A stretch of DNA of 64,000 bases, from IMG/VR virus record IMGVR_UViG_3300032282_004772. One strand, 5' to 3'. Every line of letters starts with the position of its first letter. The first letter of the stretch is position 1. Shown piece by piece: positions 18,302 through 28,706 of this stretch. The stretch is from a virus. The translations under genes and the position numbers were made by a program. The notes under the pieces are model-generated. The model ran no database searches and was not told the DNA's origin. It saw nothing but the letters and a program-made list of their open reading frames with translations.

Positions 18302-21007
18302 ATGGCTCTCCCAACCATTTTCAGCCAAGTCATACATATAATCAGGTTTTAATCCTCTTCTTTGCCAGTACTCCATTTCTTCTTTTGAAATCATTAAAAC
18401 ATCTTCCCATAATTTGTCTTGGTCTGATTCTTCAAAAGGATGTCCGTTAATTAATTCACATTGTTCTTTAGTATATAATCCTCTTTTTTCAGGGTCAGTA
18501 ACTAATAATGAATTTCTAACATCATCTTTAAAAACAACCAATAGAGGTTCAATTCTTTTATTAAATGTTGAGATTGCTCTTGCGATATTATACTCACCTG
18601 TCATTTCGGGATTAGACTCAATTTCACTATTATCTAAAATGTAACAATTTAAAACTATTGAATCCCCTTTCTTTTGTACATCACCGTGGGATGCTTTTGC
18701 CCCATTATTAACATAATATATAACATCACCTAAATTTATGTTCATACCATGTTTAATCGCCAATTCCATATGAGCCATTCTACTCATTTGATTTCCTGCT
18801 TTAGTAGTTTGTTTACATCTTGATTTATAATCATCAATAGTTAATTTAACTTTTGCTCTCTGAGCGATTTTCATAAGAGGTATTTTTTTATCAAAAATAA
18901 GTTGCAAGTACTCATAATACCACTCAACAAACTCCTGACCTTTACCTTCAAGTAACATTTTTACGCCCTTATCCAAGAAATCTTCAATATATAGAGGTAA
19001 TTTTTTAGATTTAATCGTATTACCAGTTAACTTGATTTTACCTTTAGAATCCATAACGGCATAATTCTTTCTCGCCAAATTAATACAAGATGGCCAAGTT
19101 CCGTCAGTATCCAACGCCATCTCTCCTCTCATAAAAATATCATTAAACTCAGCAACATCGGCATCGTCACCTCTATATTCTTTATCTTTCTTAACCTTCC
19201 AATTTAACCCCTTTCCAATATACACCCTATTCTCAACACCATCTGGTTTTGAAAAGTTTACACCGTCAGTGTCCATTACTAATGGAACATAACCTTTTTT
19301 CATGAAAAACTTAATCATCATTCTAAGGTATTGTCTACCTGTACAAGTGATTTGTTCTCCCATATACATGTCTCCCCAAGCGAATACTTGTGGTGCCGAT
19401 AACGCACCAAACATTGAGTTAATGAAGATTTTAATTGGAAGTTGTTTTCTATCGTATGATACCGATTTTTTAGGGTCGGTTTTTTCATACTGACTTGCTA
19501 AGTTTTTATATAAGATACGAGTATCTCTAAAATATTTTAACATGGCTTTCATACCTCCTGTAACGTCACAATCGGGAAATACATCATGAACCAACTGTAT
19601 GGACGGATAAAGAGAACTAAAGTCTAATTTTAAAACGTTTCTAGAATACCCAACCTTAAGTAGTCGAGACAATCCACCAACAAAGTCAGTCTTACTTTGT
19701 TTTTCAGGTATCGCCAATTTAAATTTATATGACCATGCTAACATCAACATTTTCCATAATGTTGCGGTTCCCATAGTAGACACTCTCTCATATGTTGTTG
19801 GTACTAAAGACGCCAATAGAAATGAACCTTGGTTGAACTCCTCATCAACTAATAGAGTTTCTTCCAAGTCATCGTCCAAATATCTCTCAACAATATTATC
19901 TCCTGTTACCTTAATATAAGTTCCGGGAAACTTTTCATCTAAATTATCGAACTTTGGGTCTGACGCTTTTTTATATTTACCATTTTTTATATTAAGCCAA
20001 AACTCATCTTTATCTCGGTACATTTTACCAATATCCTCATGAGAAATATAAACACGGTCATCCGCCTCAGCTTCAATGTATTGGGTAATATACTTCAATC
20101 CTGCGGATTTAATACTTGAATTGATGGCCTGAGCTCTACGAACAGAATGGATAATGTCAATCACATTATAACCCCAAATAGAGACCTGATTGTATTTTTC
20201 AACCTCATTAGCCAACTTTAATAAACTTTCATGTTGGGATATCGCTTTATTAGGATTAAGAGTTCTACAAACTTTTTTAATATCGATATTTAACGCTTTG
20301 CATCTTTCAAAAATCCAAAACCAATCGAAGTTTGCTGAATTATATCCACCAATAATACTTGGTTTTAATTCATCAATTAAATTAAAAAATTCAATTATTC
20401 CCGCCCTTTCTTGTTCTTCATTAGAACACTCAATAACCTTCTTGAATCCCTTATTGGTTTTAATTCCAATCATAAAGATTCTACCATCTTTTGGTTCTAA
20501 TGATGTTGTCTCTAAGTCGAATACAAATCTTGTAATATCATTATATTCTTCATATCCTTTAAACAATCTTTTTTCTCTCGAAATTAAAAATTGTTCAACA
20601 GGAGGAAGAATCAATATTAAATCTTTAACCCTTTCAGACCATGGGTCTATTCCACCATCTCTAAAAAATTGAATTAACGAACGATATCCTTTTAACGATT
20701 TAACTAAAAACTTTAATCCGTTTTCAAGTCTTTGGTCTCCTTTGGTTTCTAATTTTTCAATTACAATCCCATATTTAGACATTCCTTCTTTTTGTGCCGC
20801 CTTAGAATCTGAATAGAAATTCAGTCCACGGAGGTCTCCAACCCACGCAAATGCAATAAAATTATCTTTTTGGATTACCTTCCCCTTACCAGGTATTTCT
20901 TTTATTTTAAAAATTGAATCTGATAAATAATCAAATTCTACAGATGTTATAAATTCTTCGGGGTCATTTCCTTCTAAAAAGGATTTAATTTCTTCTTGAC
21001 TAATCAT
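18245..21007 (-). CDS. polB: Family B DNA polymerase
   Basis: ExoI DLET, ExoII YNSANFD, DFSSLYPS, K...NSMFG, DTDG, KNYA. Confidence 0.95.
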   Translation of the reverse strand: MISQEEIKSFLEGNDPEEFITSVEFDYLSDSIFKIKEIPGKGKVIQKDNFIAFAWVGDLRGLNFYSDSKAAQKEGMSKYGIVIEKLETKGDQRLENGLKFLVKSLKGYRSLIQFFRDGGIDPWSERVKDLILILPPVEQFLISREKRLFKGYEEYNDITRFVFDLETTSLEPKDGRIFMIGIKTNKGFKKVIECSNEEQERAGIIEFFNLIDELKPSIIGGYNSANFDWFWIFERCKALNIDIKKVCRTLNPNKAISQHESLLKLANEVEKYNQVSIWGYNVIDIIHSVRRAQAINSSIKSAGLKYITQYIEAEADDRVYISHEDIGKMYRDKDEFWLNIKNGKYKKASDPKFDNLDEKFPGTYIKVTGDNIVERYLDDDLEETLLVDEEFNQGSFLLASLVPTTYERVSTMGTATLWKMLMLAWSYKFKLAIPEKQSKTDFVGGLSRLLKVGYSRNVLKLDFSSLYPSIQLVHDVFPDCDVTGGMKAMLKYFRDTRILYKNLASQYEKTDPKKSVSYDRKQLPIKIFINSMFGALSAPQVFAWGDMYMGEQITCTGRQYLRMMIKFFMKKGYVPLVMDTDGVNFSKPDGVENRVYIGKGLNWKVKKDKEYRGDDADVAEFNDIFMRGEMALDTDGTWPSCINLARKNYAVMDSKGKIKLTGNTIKSKKLPLYIEDFLDKGVKMLLEGKGQEFVEWYYEYLQLIFDKKIPLMKIAQRAKVKLTIDDYKSRCKQTTKAGNQMSRMAHMELAIKHGMNINLGDVIYYVNNGAKASHGDVQKKGDSIVLNCYILDNSEIESNPEMTGEYNIARAISTFNKRIEPLLVVFKDDVRNSLLVTDPEKRGLYTKEQCELINGHPFEESDQDKLWEDVLMISKEEMEYWQRRGLKPDYMYDLAENGWESHLIELESIRTHDVPTSSTV

Positions 21008-21067
21008 TTTTATAAAATTATTGTGACATATTAGCTGCCACTTAAAGTGACATTTGCCTTATCACAA

Positions 21068-21099
21068 TAAATATAGAAATTTTAGTCTTTTAAGTCAAT
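21068..21099 (-). promoter_or_regulatory. Bacteroidota-like promoter variant for DNA polymerase (ATTG-N20-TATATTTA)
   Basis: Spacing matches the TTTG-N19-21-TAnnTTTG consensus with one mismatch per element. Confidence 0.45.
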
Positions 21100-21479
21100 T
21101 AACAACAAGGAGTATCTGAGATAAAGCTATCTTGTATGTTAATAAATAATGGTTCTCTTATTGGTACAATTAAATCACCCTGTTCATTTTTTAACATGAA
21201 TTGGGCTTCATATCTACCAACTCTATTTGTGTCTCTTTTTGAAAAATTGAAATAAATGTAATATTCAGTAGGGGTGTTTGGGTCAACAAACGTCTTAGCG
21301 ACAAATCCTCCTGGCTTAGATACAATTTTAGGGATTCCCGTTTCAACATCAATCATAGAAAAAATAATTGTAGATGACTCAATAAAATCCATGAAATTAT
21401 GATAATCACTTCTACCGTCTTTAACTACCTGCATCTTTAAAACAGGTAAAGTCGCATTTTTTTTAATAAAAAATTCCAT
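21099..21479 (-). CDS. BppU N-terminal-like (baseplate/fibre adaptor) protein
   Basis: F.IK...TLP.L, Y.F...DT...G.Y.A.F pattern. Confidence 0.55.
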   Translation of the reverse strand: MEFFIKKNATLPVLKMQVVKDGRSDYHNFMDFIESSTIIFSMIDVETGIPKIVSKPGGFVAKTFVDPNTPTEYYIYFNFSKRDTNRVGRYEAQFMLKNEQGDLIVPIREPLFINIQDSFISDTPCC

Positions 21480-21523
21480 TTATTATTTTTAATAATAAAT
21501 AGTCGTCTTTATTAAATTGTGTC

Positions 21524-22327
21524 TTATTTGAAGATATCAAAATACTCTCTCCAACTACATTTGATTAAATTAAACAACTCTGGTTGTTTAACATAACATA
21601 TGTCAAATATTTTTTCATCACTACCGATATACCTATTACTTATTGATTCGTCTATTGTCTCAACAACCAAATTAAGTAATCCGTCAATTAAATGTGATGG
21701 TAATAAGAAAGCGGTTCCTTGTATATTTCTGATTTGTGATAAAGAATGAAACTGTCTATCATTAACACCAAAATGTTTATTATGACTAAAAAACGTAATT
21801 TTATTTAAATCTAATTGTGATATCTTTTCCATATTAGGCCATTTAGCCAAAGCGTAATTTTTAACATCTTCTCGTAATCCGCCAGCGTCCGCCCAAATAA
21901 CCATATCGTTATTAAAATATTTTTTTTCTATAGTATCTTTTAAAAAGAAAACTTTATTAAACATTATAATATTATAGAGTGGTTGACACATTTCAGGGAC
22001 ATCATGAAAACTTACTTTACTTTTAAAATCAGCAGCTCCCATTAATTCACATAATGAATCATTATACTTTTTATACATATCTAATTCATTCAAAGGAACA
22101 TCAACTATTATTGTCTTTGAGAAATCAGGGTCAAACTCTTTTCGATGGTTTTTAATGTCATTTATAAATTTTGTTTCGGTATAAACCACAATGTTTGCGT
22201 CTAAAGATAATGTATTTCTCATCCACCAAAGATATGTGTGATATGACATTCTAAAATTAGACCAATTCTCTCTTCCTATATCATAGAGAGCCATTACAAT
22301 TACAGGATTATTTACAGCCATTCCCAA
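21524..22327 (-). CDS. HtrL/YibB (WlaTC)-like glycosyltransferase
   Basis: ALYDIGR, Y..IMFNK..F, W.DAG, DE motifs. Confidence 0.65.
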   Translation of the reverse strand: MGMAVNNPVIVMALYDIGRENWSNFRMSYHTYLWWMRNTLSLDANIVVYTETKFINDIKNHRKEFDPDFSKTIIVDVPLNELDMYKKYNDSLCELMGAADFKSKVSFHDVPEMCQPLYNIIMFNKVFFLKDTIEKKYFNNDMVIWADAGGLREDVKNYALAKWPNMEKISQLDLNKITFFSHNKHFGVNDRQFHSLSQIRNIQGTAFLLPSHLIDGLLNLVVETIDESISNRYIGSDEKIFDICYVKQPELFNLIKCSWREYFDIFK

Positions 22328-23070
22328 GTTATTAATTGATTTTTATGTTTAATGTTTGCAATTTTTTGATTGAAATAATTTGAAGTATTATCAGGATTAA
22401 ATATTGTATTCATTTTTAAATTACGACTTGCCAAATAACTTGGAACAAACCCTTCTCCATATCCTGAAAATCCATTTTTAGTAATGTTTACTAACTCTTG
22501 CATTGCTTTATTAGAATACCTAACAATTGCAAAAAAAGAACCAAAATAATCTTTTATTTCAGGGGATAATTCGTCACCATGACCAGGAAATCTTTGGAAC
22601 CAAAGACCTTTTGAGTGCATCCTATGGTCAGCTTTAGGTATTTCAGGATATCCTTCCACATTTGAATTTTTAAATAAAAAATAACTAAGAAAATCAGAAT
22701 CGTCATTTTGAAATCCATTTAAAAATTCGTCCCAATTATCACAAGAAACGTCATCATCAAAAAACCAATAATATTCATAATTTGGGTTAGCAATATAAAA
22801 GTTAATCATTCTAAGATACGCATAAAACCAAATAATATTTCTATTACCTGCGTGATTCCAATAGTGACCCCGACTAACATCTTTTTTAAAATTAAAGTTA
22901 TTTCTTATATCGTTTTCAGTATATAAGAAAGCATTATAATTTATTGGTTTATTTTTAGAGTTATCTACAATGTAAAAAACATCTTCTTTATTTTTAAAAT
23001 AAGTCCACCAACCTATATAAGAAGTATAGGTTTCAGGAGTAAAACAAATTCCGTAACAATTTTTATACAT
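22312..23070 (-). CDS. Putative GT-A glycosyltransferase
   Basis: YEYYWFFDDDV DxD motif; sits within GT operon. Confidence 0.55.
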   Translation of the reverse strand: MYKNCYGICFTPETYTSYIGWWTYFKNKEDVFYIVDNSKNKPINYNAFLYTENDIRNNFNFKKDVSRGHYWNHAGNRNIIWFYAYLRMINFYIANPNYEYYWFFDDDVSCDNWDEFLNGFQNDDSDFLSYFLFKNSNVEGYPEIPKADHRMHSKGLWFQRFPGHGDELSPEIKDYFGSFFAIVRYSNKAMQELVNITKNGFSGYGEGFVPSYLASRNLKMNTIFNPDNTSNYFNQKIANIKHKNQLITWEWL

Positions 23071-23872
23071 AATCTTTAATTAAAACATCATTCCACGATG
23101 GGACTCTATTAAATTGATGTACAATATCATATTTAATACCTTGTTTAGTATATACAACATTACCTTCCATATATGGAATACCATACTTTAATTTACCTCT
23201 AAACCCCCATCCGTCAAAAAATGGTGTAGGACCTGCAACTGCGCAATGCATCGCCCAAGCTTCGTCTAAATTAAAAATCTTTATGTTAGGTATTTCATTA
23301 TTTGCAATCATAACTATAAGTGCCGCTTGGTCTTTTATATTATGATTATCACTACCTTTTTCACATAACTCAAAAATTCTTTTATACAGAGGTATAAGAG
23401 AAGTCCTTTTACCTCCGATGACTCCTGAACAAATAACTTCATTTGGTCTACATTTTTGAATTTCAGATGGAAATATTTTTGAAATATTATCAGTATTCCA
23501 CGGCTCATCCCCAACTAAAACACCTTCTCCACTTACAAAAATATCATAATTTAAGTCCCACTTTTCAAATGGGTCTCCCTGGAAAACAACATCAAATACA
23601 TCCGTAATTAAAAATAAATCTATTTCTGATTCGTTTAAAAACTCAAAAGTCCTTTCAATTCTTTTATGGTTTATAAACCAAGTGTTGTTTATCACAACAG
23701 GAACAGTTGTAATACCAATTGATTCACACATAGAGATTTCATCTTGTGTGGCATTTGCACACAATAAAATAACCTCTCCTTCAGAATATTTTTTAAAACT
23801 TTTAGACCAAACCAAAATTTTAGAAAAATTATCTTTTATGTTGTTAGATAGTCCTAATAATGCTTTTTTCAT
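23063..23872 (-). CDS. Putative GT-A glycosyltransferase (PLOD-GT-like)
   Basis: ITDVFDVVFQGDPF, CSG.IGG, DQA, IVHQ motifs. Confidence 0.65.
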   Translation of the reverse strand: MKKALLGLSNNIKDNFSKILVWSKSFKKYSEGEVILLCANATQDEISMCESIGITTVPVVINNTWFINHKRIERTFEFLNESEIDLFLITDVFDVVFQGDPFEKWDLNYDIFVSGEGVLVGDEPWNTDNISKIFPSEIQKCRPNEVICSGVIGGKRTSLIPLYKRIFELCEKGSDNHNIKDQAALIVMIANNEIPNIKIFNLDEAWAMHCAVAGPTPFFDGWGFRGKLKYGIPYMEGNVVYTKQGIKYDIVHQFNRVPSWNDVLIKDYV

Positions 23873-23874
23873 TT

Positions 23875-24447
23875 TTAACAGTTATGTCTTGAGATTTCCA
23901 ACTCTTCGTTGAAATTTAATATTGTTGGCCATAAGTATTCGACCAAATAATTTGTGTTATTTATTATTTCATTTTTTGGTAAAGTCTCTCTTATTTTTTC
24001 ATAAAAACCTATTCCATTTTTTAAAATTAAGTTTTTGGAAACTATACACTGAGCGGAATTTATAAATTTTATAGGTAATTTATATGTTATTTGATTTTCT
24101 TCCGCATAATTAATAGTTTGTTTTAAAATATGCTCAACGTCTCTAACATAAGTAATACCTAACGGATAAAAATCTTTCTCAAAATTAAATTCATTAACTC
24201 TTTTTATAAAGTTAGGACAATGATAAAAAGGGTCATCTTGTGAAAAACAAATATAATCAGGTAAATTATAATAATTTTCTATAATATATGTAAGATAAAC
24301 AATAGTATCAAATCCAACATTTGGTAAGTTATTCTCAAATTTATGAGCATTTTTTGGATTTTTATTATAAACAACATAGGGGTGTTTTAGTTCTGAAACC
24401 CAATCTAAATTTTCCTTAAAATGACATATAACAACTTTTAATTCCAT
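23875..24447 (-). CDS. DUF3431-like putative glycosyltransferase
   Basis: V.CHFKENL.W, LPNVG, YL.YII.NY..LP....F.Q.DPF.H. Confidence 0.7.
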   Translation of the reverse strand: MELKVVICHFKENLDWVSELKHPYVVYNKNPKNAHKFENNLPNVGFDTIVYLTYIIENYYNLPDYICFSQDDPFYHCPNFIKRVNEFNFEKDFYPLGITYVRDVEHILKQTINYAEENQITYKLPIKFINSAQCIVSKNLILKNGIGFYEKIRETLPKNEIINNTNYLVEYLWPTILNFNEELEISRHNC

Positions 24448-24448
24448 A

Positions 24449-25705
24449 TTATAATCTTCCTTCTATTTTATCACACCATCCTTTTGATTCCGAATGTGGC
24501 CAAACTATCCAATATGCGGGTTTTTCTGCGGTTTGGAATTCTCTCCAAATTTTACAATATCCGTCTCTATCGTTTTTCATTCTTGCAATTTCTGATTTGT
24601 CCACATCTTTTCTAAATAATGTTTCACCATTTTCTTTGTGGAAAGCCACTGCCCAAAAATCATAATCTTGTAATGGAACTTGATTAAATGAAACATCAAT
24701 ACAGTGTTTAAATATTTTTGCAAAACTATTCATCCATTCTTCTTCGGAATTATAGTCATACGGATTTGGAGGATACTTTTTATCTAATGTATATTGCTGT
24801 ACCGCTCTTTGGCTAAATAATAGCCCCGCATATTTTTCGTAATCTCTTAGTGTTCTTTCACTACCAAAACCAAATTGTCCAAATTCTTCGGGATTGTATA
24901 CTTCACCATCCATACTGAACAATTTTCTATTTTTTAAATGAGAGTTTTTGTTTTTTTCTCCCCATGTCTTGTCGTCATCCCACTGTTTAGTTCTTCCTTT
25001 TCTTGTATATTCATGATACACTACAATTTTATGTGGATGGAATAAATCATACCCATGAGTATACGCTCTTGCAGCAATCGAAATCTCTTCTCCATGAAAA
25101 TAAAATTCAGGGTCGTGTTGAACTTCTTTAGCAAATTGGCCTAAAGTAAAACAAAAATGAGCCGAATAAAATCTTGATGTTATTGGTTCAGTTAATTCTT
25201 GCCATCCAGGAATTGTTTCGGGTAAAAAGAACACCGCTCCTTCAGGAATGAATCTATCAAACGCCATTCTCCAAGGAACAGAAACTCTCCCTTTTGGGTC
25301 ATTATCAGGGTCAAAAGAAGACACATAACTTGTTAACAATGGTTTTTTATATCCTTTATTTTGTAGATGTTTAATCATCTCAATTAAAGTCTCGTCCCAA
25401 TCTTTTTCAAACCTCATATGAGAATCAATTTGCATTGTATACTCTTCCCCATCATATAATTGTTGAGTCAAGTTTCTTGCCCAACAAACACCCAAAGAAT
25501 CTTGGTGTGGTATATTTAAAATTCTAAATCTTTTATCATTTTCATATTCAGATAAATCATCAAATTTATCATCAGGATTAAATTGTCTCGCAATTGAAAA
25601 GACCAAATTATTTGGATTTTTTGATTGTTCTAACGCATCTTTTATTGTTGGAATTAATTGTGGGTCTCTATACGACGCTATTTGAATAAAAATTTTCATA
25701 GACAT
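24449..25705 (-). CDS. GT60 / Gnt1-like polypeptide alpha-GlcNAc transferase (Pfam GlcNAc-type)
   Basis: IF.QIASYRD, G.CWAR, QIDSHMRF, F.GEE....R.YT.GYD, YH.Y motifs. Confidence 0.85.
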   Translation of the reverse strand: MSMKIFIQIASYRDPQLIPTIKDALEQSKNPNNLVFSIARQFNPDDKFDDLSEYENDKRFRILNIPHQDSLGVCWARNLTQQLYDGEEYTMQIDSHMRFEKDWDETLIEMIKHLQNKGYKKPLLTSYVSSFDPDNDPKGRVSVPWRMAFDRFIPEGAVFFLPETIPGWQELTEPITSRFYSAHFCFTLGQFAKEVQHDPEFYFHGEEISIAARAYTHGYDLFHPHKIVVYHEYTRKGRTKQWDDDKTWGEKNKNSHLKNRKLFSMDGEVYNPEEFGQFGFGSERTLRDYEKYAGLLFSQRAVQQYTLDKKYPPNPYDYNSEEEWMNSFAKIFKHCIDVSFNQVPLQDYDFWAVAFHKENGETLFRKDVDKSEIARMKNDRDGYCKIWREFQTAEKPAYWIVWPHSESKGWCDKIEGRL

Positions 25706-25750
25706 TATTTTATGTCTATAAAATAATAAAAAAAAATCTAATATAAATAA

Positions 25751-25775
25751 AAATCCCTCTTTTTGAGAGGGATTT
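25751..25775. terminator. Intrinsic terminator hairpin after the ubiquitin-like gene
   Basis: AAATCCCTCT-TTTTG-AGAGGGATTT flanked by A and T tracts. Confidence 0.8.
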
Positions 25776-25781
25776 GTTTTT

Positions 25782-26027
25782 TTATTTTAAAGTTAAAACG
25801 TATTCTATTTTACTATCTACATTAACTAAATCATCATCTTTCATTTCTTTGTTTTTAATATAAACAATTTCACTTAACACTTCATTTGGATATTGTATTT
25901 TGTTTTTTATTTCTGATTTAATATCTGAAACTTTAGTAGTATCTGTTATATTAAAGTTAGTTGAGTATTGACTTAACACTGTTTTCGTAGTGCTTTTTTG
26001 TACTTTAATTTCTATTTCTTTCATCAT
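25782..26027 (-). CDS. Ubiquitin-like (beta-grasp) protein lacking C-terminal GG
   Basis: 81 aa; TKVSDIKSEIKNK..YP, Y.KNKEMKDD and terminal IEYVLTLK align by eye with ubiquitin TIENVKAKIQDK..IP, FAGKQLEDG, LHLVLRLR. Confidence 0.55.
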   Translation of the reverse strand: MMKEIEIKVQKSTTKTVLSQYSTNFNITDTTKVSDIKSEIKNKIQYPNEVLSEIVYIKNKEMKDDDLVNVDSKIEYVLTLK

Positions 26028-26051
26028 ATTTTTAGTTTTTTATTTTTAATT

Positions 26052-28133
26052 TTAATCCCACCAAACATAATCATTAAATGTATAGTAAGAATCATAATCG
26101 GTCAATTCTACTGACTCTATGGTAGTGTCAGATATTAAGTTTATGTAGTATTTGTTATTTTCATTTATTATACCAACAAAATTGTCTCCACATGACTGGT
26201 TACTATCATAGCTTGAAAACTCTGTCGTTGCGCTATTGATTAAGTTAATATCTAAATCATATAGATAATAATTTGTTAATCCACTAATATCGTCAACAAA
26301 CGTAAATAAAAATTTACTATCTCCAAGTCTAAAATCAAAGTCTGTATTGCCCGGCATTGTTTGTAAGCTAGTTATACCTGAAGAAGATAAAATTCTATAT
26401 TCTTTAGATGTATAATCAGCAATTAACATTAATCCTGGAACTTTAAAATTAGGTCTAAAAATATAAGTTGGATAATAAGTCCAATTATAATTAGTTCCAC
26501 TAAAAATACCTGTTTGGAAAGAACTTGAGGTATTATTAATAACATAAGAATCTCCACTGTAATTTCTAAACAAATAGACATCTCCAGCGTATGATTCTTG
26601 TCTTGAATATGACGAGGTAAGACCTATTCCATTAACAACTTCACCTAATGTACCATCTTCTAAAATATGAATTAAGCTCATTGATGTATAAGTCGAGGTT
26701 TCATCAAAAAATGACCCAACAAATTTATTACCACATGTCGCCATTGTTGATATATATGGAGAATTAGACATTAATAAATTAGTACTATTATAAGTAATTC
26801 CTGAACTTGTTATACTCAATATTGACAATTCCCCATCTCCATTATCACACGCGAAAAATAAACTATCATTTAATGCCATGTAGGTATTTATTGTTTTATC
26901 TGCAACGCCACTATTTTGAAATTCGTATGTTTGTATCGTTGTATCCCCACTTAACATGTATATAATATCACAATAATCTACAACTGGACCGACTGAGTTA
27001 CTTGTCGGCTGATTATATAAAACAATTGAAAAAGCGTCAGAACCACCCGGATTAGGATATAAATTAGCATTAGTATCCACGGAGATGTCAGGATAATTTA
27101 ACCTATTATGTGTCATTGTGTTTAAAACGTCAGTATTACCATTGTATTGTATTATTGCGTAATCAACACTTGAATCTGAAGAATTCCAAAGTACTGTTAA
27201 AAATTTATTATTACCATATCTGTAATTATTGTAATTGGTCAAGTTTCCAAAAGTAGTTAAATCAACTGATTGTAAAAGATTTCCAGTTGACGCATCGTAT
27301 ACTTCTAATAAATCATATACATTTAAAGAATAATTATATTTTAAAAATTGTATAAAAGTTCCATCAAAATATGTGTTTACCCCAACACTTTCATTTGCAT
27401 AATCATAAGTTTGACCAATTTGTGTTAATACAGTCCCACTTGTTGTATAATAATTAACAGTATTCGCGGTATAATTGTCAATTCCAATGATAACGTTATC
27501 CGTAGATGTCACTCCGTCCCATCCATCAACAATATATACATATTGATATGTGGTATCCGCGGTTAATGTATAAACTTCAGCACCATTAAAATATTTTAAA
27601 ATACCGTTAAAATAATCGGCGAAATAAGTCCATTTTCCTGCAAGTAGTCCATAATCATAATCACAGTCACAATTAGTTTGGAAACTTTCTAAAATATTAC
27701 CAGCGGCGTCTGTAAATATAAACCACTGTAAATCACATGTATTTTCATTATTAAAATGAAGACCATAACCTTTATTTGTTATTGGGAATATATCACTAAT
27801 GTACCAACCGGTTCTATCAACATTTAAATCATAAACAACTGCAGTTAAATCATTAAAGTTTAATACCGCTTCTCCATTATTATTATTTGTGGTTAATTTA
27901 GAAATAAACACAAAACTTGTTAAGTTGGTTGCCGGAGGATTTATTGTTAATTCATACGTATAATCATATAATGGTACATATATTTGATATACTCCATAAG
28001 GGTATGATGTTATGTTATTAAATGGAATCGTTTGAGTTCCTAGGTCAATTGTTCCTCCTGTTGTTGGTAAGAAGGTTACATTAGCTGTTTGACCACTTAA
28101 ATTGTTACTTAATATTCTTGCGCCTATTGCCAT
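26052..28133 (-). CDS. Putative virion fibre/appendage protein (shared N-terminal module plus beta-rich body)
   Basis: Acidic, Tyr/Asn/Thr/Ser-rich; N-terminal ~65 aa paralogous to ORFs at 28199 and 29372. Confidence 0.5.
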   Translation of the reverse strand: MAIGARILSNNLSGQTANVTFLPTTGGTIDLGTQTIPFNNITSYPYGVYQIYVPLYDYTYELTINPPATNLTSFVFISKLTTNNNNGEAVLNFNDLTAVVYDLNVDRTGWYISDIFPITNKGYGLHFNNENTCDLQWFIFTDAAGNILESFQTNCDCDYDYGLLAGKWTYFADYFNGILKYFNGAEVYTLTADTTYQYVYIVDGWDGVTSTDNVIIGIDNYTANTVNYYTTSGTVLTQIGQTYDYANESVGVNTYFDGTFIQFLKYNYSLNVYDLLEVYDASTGNLLQSVDLTTFGNLTNYNNYRYGNNKFLTVLWNSSDSSVDYAIIQYNGNTDVLNTMTHNRLNYPDISVDTNANLYPNPGGSDAFSIVLYNQPTSNSVGPVVDYCDIIYMLSGDTTIQTYEFQNSGVADKTINTYMALNDSLFFACDNGDGELSILSITSSGITYNSTNLLMSNSPYISTMATCGNKFVGSFFDETSTYTSMSLIHILEDGTLGEVVNGIGLTSSYSRQESYAGDVYLFRNYSGDSYVINNTSSSFQTGIFSGTNYNWTYYPTYIFRPNFKVPGLMLIADYTSKEYRILSSSGITSLQTMPGNTDFDFRLGDSKFLFTFVDDISGLTNYYLYDLDINLINSATTEFSSYDSNQSCGDNFVGIINENNKYYINLISDTTIESVELTDYDSYYTFNDYVWWD

Positions 28134-28198
28134 TTTGTTTTTTTATTTATAAATATCATTAACTTTTTTATTTTTTAAAATCTTATTTAATTTTATTT

Positions 28199-28678
28199 TT
28201 AATATAAAATAGACGCGTATATATCGTTATTTAATATTATTGTAAAAGTTAAATCATCGATTATGGGATTTGGAACTAATACATTATAATAAAAATCATT
28301 ATTAGGAATTATATTAAACGTTAAATCGTTAATTATTGGATTTGGTATTAATATGTTGTAATAAAAATCATTGTTAGGGATTATATTAAACGTTAAATCA
28401 TTAATTGGGTTTGGTAATAATAATTGATAATAAAAATCGTTATCAGGAATTAATATATAAGTTAAGTCATTTGATGGAGGTGTAGGGGTAAAACGAATCT
28501 GGCAACTAGTGCCATATTCAGGAAAAAATAAAACATATAACCCGTATATATAATCAGATGTATATGTGTAAGGTAAAGTTACTAACCCAACATTTACAGT
28601 GCCTCCAGTCTGTGGATAAAATGTTATGTTAGCATTTTTTCCACTATAATTATTTGTGTTTATTATAACTGAAGACAT
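28199..28678 (-). CDS. Putative virion protein: shared N-terminal module plus four 22-23 aa repeats
   Basis: NDLT(F/Y)xIIPNNDFYYxxLxPNPI repeats. Confidence 0.6.
   Translation of the reverse strand: MSSVIINTNNYSGKNANITFYPQTGGTVNVGLVTLPYTYTSDYIYGLYVLFFPEYGTSCQIRFTPTPPSNDLTYILIPDNDFYYQLLLPNPINDLTFNIIPNNDFYYNILIPNPIINDLTFNIIPNNDFYYNVLVPNPIIDDLTFTIILNNDIYASILY
28205..28472 (-). repeat. Tandem 66-69 bp coding repeats
   Basis: Recurrent ataataaaaatc.tt.ttagg.attatattaaacgttaaatc on the + strand. Confidence 0.85.
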
Positions 28679-28706
28679 ATTGACATGTTAGTATGATGTA
28701 TTTTAT

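Noticed and set aside
18245-21007. Intein or intron in DNA polymerase or helicase
   Set aside because: Catalytic motifs have ordinary spacing; no intein splice motifs or homing endonuclease seen
21018-21070. c-di-GMP-I (GEMM) riboswitch suggested by GGCAAA...GCUAA
   Set aside because: No GNRA tetraloop, no second hairpin or receptor, and too short
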